From positions 15,004,001 to 15,068,000 of the forward strand of contig JBHGNT010000003.1 of assembly GCA_043228905.1 (NCBI GenBank): a stretch of DNA of 64,000 nt, in the 5' to 3' direction. The notes under the pieces were generated by a model, which saw only the letters and a program-made list of their open reading frames with translations, searched no databases and was not told the DNA's origin. Positions 34,491 through 44,620 of the stretch are shown one piece after another. Numbering within the stretch: position 1 is the stretch's first letter; the number at the start of each line of letters is the position of its first letter. Position numbers and translations under genes: made by a program. This DNA comes from Azolla caroliniana (lineage: Eukaryota > Plantae > Polypodiophyta).

Positions 34491-35641
34491 CATGCCGTCG
34501 TTCGCTGCAAAAACAGGAATCGTGGTTGCCAAAAACTGTGTTAACTCTTTGGGCCGGACAATGGCCTAACACAGGGTGTCTACGGGAGACACTTCACCAA
34601 AGGGTGTTACGGCAACCGGATTAGACTTCAACGCTTAATCCGACTTAATCAAGTTACTTATTAGGATCGTCTTCATAACACGCGTAAGATATAACAATTA
34701 AGACAGAACGGAAATTGACACAGAGATATAACAACGCTTAAGCTTTCATTAATTAACCGCTCACTATTACATTGTATCCGGGCCTTTAAATAGGTTTCCG
34801 GTCTGTATTACAAAACGGTGCCATCCGCACCTGTTCGGGATCGGTCCGGATCCGGAACGGCATACCGATTCCGGTCCGTCCATCCACACTCATAGCTTAA
34901 TTACAACCACATTCCTACTACTAAATTAGCTCTCCATTTCCCACTCTGGACTCCTTTGCCGGCCGGTAACAGTCTTGAGAGCCCAGGAACATGCCGGACA
35001 TTGTGTAGTACTAGTGTAGAATTGCCTGGGAGATTGAGTTCTATAGTATTGATTGCAATGATAGTGCAATGTTGCGAATTTCCGATTCGTACTGAGTCGG
35101 AGTTTCAGGCTGAATATTGCCGAAACTGAGATCTGTGAGGGGTCACATGGTAGGACGCACCCGAATCCAAGAGCCACATGCTGGATTCCTCAGTCGTAAG
35201 CAGAACTTCTGATTCGACAGGGTTCTGAATGGATAGTATGTTTGGGTCATTAGACAATACTTCGGCTGAAGGGCCGACGTAATTGACCTACTCATGCAGG
35301 CCACTCTTTTGATCAGCTCGCTAAGCCTTATCATTCCTAGCTTTGAGTGCACGATAATTAGCTTTGATGTGCCCAGGTTTCTTGTAGTAGTTGCATATTT
35401 AGTTGTCCCAGGACTTGCTTCGTTGGATGTCGCCTGAGCCGAAATCGGGGAGATTAAACTTTCGTACTCGTTTAGGTGTGCCTGGACCGAGCCGGATTCC
35501 TTCATTCGAAGATTGTAAAGGCCCCGAATCAGATAGATCTTTGTGGCGGCTACCTTCTTCTCATAAGTGTCTGACAATGTCTTCCATAGTTGGAAGGTTG
35601 TCGAACATGATTACATTGTGAAGTACACTGATTCTGACAAG

Positions 35642-38600
35642 TAAAGAGAATATAGCTCGGCCACAACCGAGTAATGAATCACTTCAATGAGAATGAAACA
35701 CAGAAATTGGAAATAGAGAGTGAATGCACGTACGCGCACACACAATAGAGAGTACTCAGGATGTTTACATGGAAAACCCTAATGGGAAAAAACCATGGGA
35801 GCCCACAAGCTCCAAGCTATCACTATATATAGGAAAGATACAATCAGAGTCTCGGAGGCAACAACCTCGAGCTCTGTATCCTCGCCAACTGGAGGTTACA
35901 ACAGAGTACAACTCTGTGTCTCCTCTCTCTCTATGCAATAGTTATATCAACAACAATATGACTACCACACTAGTTAAGTGATTGCCCTAAGTCATATTTA
36001 TACTTATACGAACTTAGGGCTATTTACAAATATAACCACAATAGGCTTACTCAAAACATATTTACAAATATGTCTTCTTCCAGTTCTCACCTAGTCCATC
36101 CGATCTAGTTTCCAGATCTCTTCCGGTTCTCACCGGGTCCACTTCATTCATAACCGGATCCCATCTGGAGGGACCGATTTCCCAACAATCTCCCCCTTCA
36201 CTTCGGCATGGGATGTCTTGCCATCCCGATCCGCTTTCGGCACGCGTCCAGCTTGTTGGTTGTCAACACCTTGGTCCACATATCCTACCCGTTCTCCTCT
36301 GTGTGGATCTTCGTTAGCACGAACACTTGATCTTCTACTCTCTCCCGAATCCAATGGTACCTCCGCTAGATATGTTTCGTCTGGGAATGGTAGCCCGCAT
36401 TCTTTGCAAGGTGGATGGCACTTTGACTATCGCAGTAGAGCCGATATTCCTCTTGTTGGATCTCTAGCTCTCCGACGAAGTCCTTCATCCAGATTATCTC
36501 CTTGCCGGCTTCTACAACTGCCATGTACTCCGCCTCTGTGGTTGACAACGCAACTGTCTTATGTAGGCTTTGCTGCCACGAAACAGCTCCCTCTGCATAA
36601 GTAATGACATATCCGGATGTAGACCGGCTAGTATTCGCATCAACCGACATTGGGGATTACCAAAGCCGAACCGGAGGCACATACTCAAGGTGCCTTTCCA
36701 ATACTAGAGTATTCACTTAACTGCCTTCCAGTGCTCTCTTCCGGGATTGGTCATGAACTGGCTCACCACTCCAACTGCATATCCGATATCCGGCCGGCTA
36801 CATACCACTACGTACATCAAACTCCCGACAACAGAGGGATATGGTATCTTCATCATATCCGTCTTCTCCGCCTTTTTCTTGGGGCTTTGTTTTCCGGATA
36901 GCTTGCAGTTTGCTAGAAGTATCGATCTGACCGGTTTTGCCTCCGACATATTGAACCGTTGGAGCACCTTTGTCCAGTTCCGGTGTCTTCTTCTTCATCA
37001 TCATCTTCGGTCAGTTCGGATTCTTGTCCTTAGCCGGCCGGTTCGTCGAGTGTCATCCGGTTACCAGCTAAAATCCGGTTTTCAACCAGGTAAGTCCTTG
37101 TGTTCTCAAGCCGATTTTCATTGGATGATCCGGAGTTCATCACCTTCTTCTCCAACTCCCAGTCGGCAATGGTCATGTCTTCCATGAAGACCATGTCCCG
37201 ACTCCAGAACACCTTCTTGTCGGCCAGATCCCACACCCGGTAACCGAACTCATCATCACCATAGGAATATGCATGGCTGGGACTTCGGATCCAATTTTTC
37301 TCTTTTGTCCTTTGCAACATGCACATATGCGAGACACCCGAACACCTTCAAATCCCGGTAAGATACATCTTTACCGGTCCATACTTTCTGAGGTGAGTCT
37401 CGTTCCAAGGGTGCTGAGGGTGATATGTTTATCACATAGGTCACCGTCGTTAACGCCTCATCCCAAAACGTCTTGGGTAACTTGGCATGTGCAAGCATGC
37501 TTCAGATTCTCTCCATTATGGTTTGGTTCATCCGTTCAGCCAGCCCATTTAATTCCGACGTCTTCGGCACAATGAACTCCAGTCGGATTCCCTTCGACCG
37601 GCAGTACTCCTCGAACTACCCCCAGTATTCTCCTCTATTATCTGCTCGAACCACCTTCAGTTTCCGGCCGGTTTCTCTTTCCACTCTCGCGTGGAGCTCC
37701 TTGAAGACGGATAGCACCTGATCCTTCGTCTTCAACGGTGAGACCCACAGCTTCCGGCTGTGGTCGTCTATGAACGTCAGGAAGTACTGAGATTCTGCAT
37801 GTGACTTCGTGTCCACTTGACACACAATGGTATGCACCAGCTCTAGTGGTGCATTCCGTCTCATCGGTGGTCTTGACTGGAAGGAGGTTCGGTTTTGCTT
37901 GCTGACCAAGCAATCAGTGCACTTCTCAAGTTGCACATCCTTCACCGGAATTAGGTTGTCTTCGGCAAGTATTCTCATCCCCTTCTCACTCATGTGACAC
38001 AATCTTTTGTGCCACAGCTCACCGGAAGTGTCGGATGCTACGTGAAATTCTTCCTGGCATATCCGGGCATTCACCAAGTACAATGTGTTGACCTTTTCGG
38101 CTCGAGCCACTATTAGACTCCCTTTGTTGAACTTCATAACTCCACTCCGGATGCTACTCGTGTAGCCTTGATCATCTGCCCGATTGGCTGATATCAGGTT
38201 CAGTTGAACCTCCGGAACGTGTCAGACATCCTTCAGCAGCAACTTGCATCCGGTTGATGTCGTCAACAACACATCTCCTATGCCGACAATTCAGCATGTA
38301 CCTTCATTCCCCATCCAGACAGAACCGTGATGTCAGGTTGTGTAGGATGAGAAGCATCTCCGGTCCGGTGTCAGGTGGAACGACGCTTCGGAATCGACAA
38401 CCCACGTTGTCTTGTCGCCGACAAGGTTTAACTCATTCTCCTCGGTAATGAGCATCAAGTCCTCTTCACTTGTCATGATCGCCAACGTTCCTTTCCGATC
38501 CGGGCCTATCCGGTCCGAACTCTTCTTTGAATCGGTAGTGTCGGTTTCTTTCTCTTTTCGGAAATGCCGACAGTTCTTCTGGAAGTGCCCCGGCTTCCCA

Positions 38601-39852
38601 TAGTAGAAGCAAGTAGGCCTCCCCTTTGACTTCGACCTCGTCCCCGATTTGTCCCGGTTTTGGGGACTCCGATACCGGACTCTTCCCCGGTTTTGGTCAT
38701 CTTCCGTGACCAAGGCCTTCAGATCGGTTCCGGACTCACGGTCCTTCTAGCGAGCTTCTTCATCTAGCAGGCTTTATTTGACTCTTCCTAGGGACAACTG
38801 TTTTGCTTCCGGCTCAGCGTTGCCCAACGTGACAACTAGCGTCTCCCAACTATCTGGGAGGGAACCGAGCAGGAGTAATGCGAGTATCTCATCGGCGAGA
38901 GGTACTTCCAACGAGGTTGCTTGATGTATTAGCCCTTGGAAGGCATTCATGTGCTCTTCCATACTGGAGTCGTCCTAGTACCAGAGCTTCACTAGGTTCC
39001 GGAATACCGAGACCCGATCAACAACATTCTTGTTCTAGAACATGATGTCAATCTTCTCCTAGAGTTCATGAGCCTTGCTCTCTTCATTGAAGTTGTTGTA
39101 CATGCTCATGTCGATGAAGCACCGGATGTATGCCATTGTCTTCATGTGCATCACCTTCCACATTGCGGCGTCGATCTTATCCGATCTCTTGTCCCCGAAT
39201 TGAACCGGCAACCAAAGATCTTTAACCACCAGCATATCCCTCATCTTTGACTTCCACACTTAGTAGTTGGAGCCGGTGAGCTTGAACATGCCGCCAAACG
39301 ATTCTTCCATTTCCTGTGTTGTTTGCTCAGATACCAGATTAAAGAGAATAGCGCAAAATATAGCTCGGCCACAACCGAGTAATGAATCACTTCAATGAGA
39401 ATGAAACACAGAAATGGGAAATAGAGAGTGAACGCACGTACACGCACACACAATAGAGAGTACTCAGGATGTTTACATGGAAAACCCTAATGGGAAAAAA
39501 CCACGGGAGCCCATAGACTCCAATCAATCACTATATATAGGAAAGATACAATCAGAGACTTGGAGGCAACAACCTCGAGGTCTGTATCCTCGCCAACCGG
39601 CGGTTACAACAAAGTACAACTATGTGTCTCCTCTCTCTTTATACAATAGTTATATCAACAACAATATGATAGCCACACTACTTAAGTGATTTCCCTAAGT
39701 CATATTTATACTTATATGAACTTAGGGCTATTTACAAATATAGCCACAATAGGCTTACTCAAAACATATTTACAAATTTTTCTTCTTCCAGTTCTCACCG
39801 GGTCTACTTCATTCATAACCGGATCCCATCCGGAGGGACCAATTTCCCAACA
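35642..39852 (-). mobile_element. Copia element G (Tork-like) nested in B gag; most of RT deleted; TG...TA termini
   Basis: LTRs 35642-36187 and 39340-39852. TSD ACAAG at 35637-35641 and 39853-39857. PBS TGGTATCTGAGC at 39325-39336; PPT AGGGGGAGAT. gag starts at 39310 (MEESFGGMFKLTGSNY); deletion junction near 36975. Confidence 0.92.
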
Positions 39853-42382
39853 ACAAGTGCATCCGAATTGCGGCGCAAACTATTTTGTCCAGCTTTTGCC
39901 ATTCGTTCGGCTTGTATCCTTCTGGAGCATTTTCGTTTTCAATGGGGTCAATTTGCCCTTTGACTATCAAATAGTCTTGCATCTACTCCTTCCAGAAGTT
40001 GAAGTTTGATGGATCAAACTTCCTTAGACTTATCTTTGAAGAGTCGGATGTTGATTCCATCTGTGTCCGCTTGTTGAGATCTCTGTTCGAAGTTGACTAC
40101 AACCGGTGGAGGGATGCAGCCAACTGACTCACCCGATATTGTTCTCGTAAGATTCAAACACATGTCGAATCGACTTCGACTATTGGAGTCAATCAACTTA
40201 GCCGAAATTGACTCGATTTTTCCGATTCAACTTCGAATGTCGATTTTCAAAATACTGATCATAGATTAAGTGCCAATAATCCAAGCCGATCCTACTTCGA
40301 GCGACTACAATGATGAGAGGGACGAAGCGTAATGGTCCTCCCTAATGTCATCTAGCCAAGTGGAGCATGGATAGGGGTTATTCCTGGGACAGAATCTGCT
40401 TTGAGTGATTACGATAAGCAAGTAGATTGTGTCTAACCTGGTAAATCACGATCTAGGTCAATTTGATGAAGATTCCACTCCGAGTGGCTGCAATCACAGA
40501 AGCAATGTACAACCAGCTAGCTTACCTCAAGAGTGATCTATCTCGTTGGATTGCAAATCCTCTGTTTTCTTTCGCTTCTCAAGGTGAGATCCTAAACCTA
40601 GGTTCTTCAACGGAGACAAAGCAAGAATGTTGTTGAAGACTGATGACGGGTGGCAGCGAGTTGAAGAACCTCTGCTTTGATAAAAGATGTTGAGAACTAA
40701 GGTTGTTAGTGCGGAAACATCAACAACACTTTGATATGAAGATCACCGAGTACACAAGTCGAAGATTAGATAAGAGATGTGTTGAGAGACAAGCTCAACA
40801 TCGGCCGGATCGGCTGAAGAAGCCGAGGACCGGATCGGTTGGGACCGATCGGTTAGGCCGAGTACATAAACCGGGAGGTCGTTAGGAAAGATATTCCGTG
40901 AGGAATATATTTGGGAGTTAGTGTAGGGGCTCTTGATGAGCATTGAAGTACTGTCAGTACTTCGGTCAGTCCTTCTAGGACTTGTATAAAAGTGCTCACT
41001 CAGCACGTCTTATGTATAGAGATTGAGTATTATTGTTGAATATAGTTTTTTGTGTTACTCTCTTTGTCTCTCCCGCGTATACCGTGTAAGCCTAAGCTCT
41101 CCATTGAACCTGAGTTTCCTTCCTCTATTCTGTCTTCATATTTGCTTCCGCACGCTACTTTCTACATGGTATCAGAGCGCGAGGGTTGAGAACCTCTCTG
41201 CAGCCAACACACCTTGACGAAGAAGAACAAGAAGAACGATGGATAGAGGCATGGCGAGCTCGCTTCCAACAAAGAAGCTCGACAGAACCAACTACGCGTC
41301 TTGGTCCTACAAGATGCACCAGTTCTTGCTCGGGCACGGCTACTGGAGTTATGTCGAAGGAGCTAATGACGCGGCACTCAAATCGACACACAGAGACTTC
41401 CCGTCGTGGGAGCAATCGGCGAGCAGGGTACTATATTGCTTCGCGTCGTGTGTGGGCGAACATCTATTGAGCTATGTTCGGGATGCAAAGACGCCGAAGG
41501 GTGCGTGGGAAAATTTGAAGAAGATTTTCACCGCGAGCAGCACAGATAGGAAGCTTCAACTCCGACAGGAGTTGAGCAACCTACGACAACGCGACTTGTC
41601 GGTGGTGGACTATACCTCGAAGATCAAGGATATCTGCGAGTCCCTTGCCTCCATAGAGGTGAACATCGAGGAGAGCGAGATGGTCCAGATCTGTGTGTAC
41701 CCGGGAGAATGCGCCGTCCTTTTTCGACTTACAGTCGATGCTCCTGGTAGAGGAGAACCACGCGGGTGCGTCGACGAGCACGCACACTGACAGCAAGATG
41801 TTGTACACGGAGGGAGAAAGGCCCCGTGGTCGTGGCGGACGAGGCGAGTCGGCGCGCAATGGAGGTGGCCGACGTGATCAAGGAAGAAGCACCGAAGTGA
41901 TGCCGACAGTAACTCCGGACCCTCCGGAAACAGGGGGAGTCGAAGCGATGAGAACCGGCAAGGGAAGGCCATCGCGGAGTGTTGGTACTGTGGCAAGAAA
42001 GGCCATAGGGAAAGTGAGTGCTGGAAGAAACGCGCCGATTCGGAGAGAACTGGTTCTGGGAACGGCTCCAGACATACCGACAAGGGAATCGGCAGCGATC
42101 GCACTACGCTGAAGACTCCGGGAGAGCCGGAGAAGGGTCTGTCTTCGTGATGAGAAACGAAGCAAACTCAATGAAACAGAGCACCCCGAGATCGGACGAG
42201 GTGTGGTACGTAGACTCTGTCGCGTCAAACCACATGACGAGCCATAAGGAGTGGTTCTCGTACCTTGAAAAACCGATACAACCTGGAGTAGTCCCAACAG
42301 GACACGACACTCTGCATCCGATCGCGAATGTCGGAGAAGTTCCCCTTAGCCATGTCGGGCAGAAAGGGAAACTCAAGAACGT

Positions 42383-42765
42383 TGTCGAGGTATTCCTCGC
42401 GGATGCGTGGAACAAGGCGGGACCTCGGGGGTCTTGTACCGAAGCGCAAGAGAGAAAAGGAGAGGGGAAGAGACCCACAAGGTGCGAACGTAGATTCACA
42501 AGGACACGGCCCTTCGACACAGAGACGCGAGTGCGACAGCGACACAGAGAGACACGAATGTATGTAAAATTATATAAACAAGACAAACAACAAGAAGCAC
42601 GAAGTCGGTTACAACCGAGCAGGCCGGCGAACAGATGCCGATGCCTGTTCGTAAACGCACAGAAAGGAAAGAGTAGGTTGGAGGTGCTGCTGGAAGCACT
42701 CGGGCATTCCTCAGAGCAGCGCGAGCCTCCCGAAACCTGCACAGGAAGAAGCTACGGAGTTTGCG

Positions 42766-42796
<31 letters not shown>

Positions 42797-43017
42797 AGCC
42801 TTCCGCCCACAGACCGACAGCGCTTCGTCCTCGACTCTCTGCGATCCCCTCGCCCCTCCTCGTCTCCCTCCTTTTATAGGCAAGGAAGGAGCCGTTTCCC
42901 CTTAACTTCCTACCTACCTAGGATCCTCTATGTACAACATAAGGCGTTCGTGCTTGAAGAGCTGGTTCCTACGCTTCGGTGCACCGATTCCGCTTGTGGA
43001 CGGTTTTCTTCACGACA
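42383..43017 (-). mobile_element. Solo LTR 1 (635 bp), 4-bp TSD ACGT
   Basis: TGTCG...CGACA termini; splits host codons KNV|LHVP. CCTATAAAAG on the minus strand at about 42871-42880; (GA)n tract. Confidence 0.85.
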
Positions 43018-43972
43018 ACGTGTTGCACGTTCCGACAATCACGAAGAACTTGGTCTTGGTCGGACAGATCGTCGACCAAGGGATGGAGGTTCGGTTTACA
43101 CACCTCGGGTGCTTCATTGAGGAAGAAGGCCATGTGATTGCGCAAGGGCGCAGAGACGGGAGGATGTTCATCCTCGACTCCACTGACGGTGGCACCGCAA
43201 TGTTCGCGAAGGGACAAAAGACCGAGTCGGACATCGACTTGTGGCACAAGCGGATAGGCCACGTCAACCACCAGCGGCTTCAAGATCTGCAATCGAAACA
43301 GGTAGTGTTCGGATTGCCCAAGTTTAGTGGCCGAAAGGCACAAATTTGTGAAGCCTACCAGCTCGGGAAGCAACACCGACTTCCTTTCCCCAACGAGCGA
43401 AACCGGAGCCGGAACAAGCTCGACCTTATACACTCGGATGTGTGGGGGCCGACACAAAACGTTAGTCTTGGCAGGAGCCGATATTTCGTCTCCTTCATCG
43501 ACGACCACACGCGGCACACATGGATCTACCTCATTGAGAGGAAGAGCGAAGTCTTCGACTGTTTCCGGGACCTCAAAGGGTTCGTGGAAGCCGAAACGGG
43601 ACGAAAGATCAAGTGTCTGCGGTCGGATGGCGGGAAAGAGTACTTTTCCGGTCAATTCAATGGTTACCTACAACAAATGGGAATTCGGCGCGAATTCAGT
43701 TGTAGATACACGCCAGAGCAAAACGGCGTGGCCGAGAGAAAGAATCGGTCAGTTGTGGAAGCGGCACGGGCAATGCTGGAGGAGAAGAGCTTGCCCAAGT
43801 TCTACTGGGCCGAGGTGGTAAGGACCGCGATATACATCCAGAACCGGATTGGAGACAAAGTGTCAGCGCACGAGCTATATTTCGGAACGAAGCCGAACTT
43901 GCGACACTTGAGGGTGTTCGGTAGCATTGCGTATGTGCATGTACCGAAGGAGAAAAGGAGGAAGCTGGACGC

Positions 43973-44620
43973 TGTCGTGACGATTTTCGGCTACGGTGTG
44001 AAACCGAGTGAGACGAATAAACCAAGGATGTGCAACATTGCACATAAACTTAGTAAATAAGCCTCCTAAGGCCTAGTGGCACTTGAGTTCATACAAAGGG
44101 GTGCAAGCAAGGTTTGAACCTTGCACCTCTAAGATACAAGATAATTGCCTTACCACTAGGACAACTATCATATAGTGTAAATTTTATGTATTTCCTTTTC
44201 ATATACAAATTATAGACGAAACAACCATAGAAAACCATGTGCACAAAACCATGGTTTTAAACCCATGGTTTGTGCATGACATAAGCAAAACCGTGTGCAC
44301 AAAACCATGGTTTTAGCCAATGGTTTTGTGCATGTCACAAGCATGGAAAGACCTATAAAAGTCTCTAGTTGGGCTTATGTAAGGGGGGCTCAATATGTGA
44401 TATCACCAACACCATTATCATCAATATAATTATATTTGTCTTTATCATCTTCATATTTTTCTACTTCTCAAGTGTACAATTTTTCTTCTTCTCAAGTAAA
44501 CCAATTTCCGTCTAATCTTACATTGATCGTCATCTCTTCGATAATTCCGCGAACGTCCTCCCCAGTCCAAGACCCCGGTGGTCGCTCGAGTAGCACACGC
44601 ACGCACGAATCTTCGCGACA
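43973..44620 (+). mobile_element. Solo LTR 2 (648 bp), 4-bp TSD ACGC
   Basis: TGTCG...CGACA termini; splits host KLDA|K. CCTATAAAAG at about 44352. Confidence 0.85.
44068..44167. promoter_or_regulatory. tRNA-like type-2 Pol III promoter module (A-box/B-box on both strands) inside solo LTR 2
   Basis: CCTAGTGG (44072-44079) and its inverse CCACTAGG (44153-44160) flank GCAAGGTTTGAACCTTGC (44107-44124) at tRNA-like spacing. Function not demonstrated. Confidence 0.5.

Larger units (their letters stand above)
29778..34971 (-). mobile_element. Gypsy element F (OTA-like): gag-PR-RT-RH without integrase, bounded by 273-bp inverted LTR arms
   Basis: 29778-30050 is the reverse complement of 34699-34971. 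TSD GTCTT at 29773-29777 and 34972-34976. A normal 5' LTR lies at the right end (U5 end at 34605 or about 34537). Confidence 0.92.

Noticed and set aside
29778-34971. Element F as a DIRS element or a TIR DNA transposon
   Set aside because: It encodes an aspartic protease and Gypsy RT/RH, shows no tyrosine recombinase or transposase, has TG...CA ends and a 5-bp TSD, and the arms are part of an LTR.
42018-44060. ORFs of 295 and 376 aa as novel fusion proteins
   Set aside because: They are element D pol frames running by chance into or out of the solo LTR insertions.
44098-44167. A genuine tRNA gene
   Set aside because: A and B boxes and the T arm are present, but I could not form convincing acceptor and anticodon stems.
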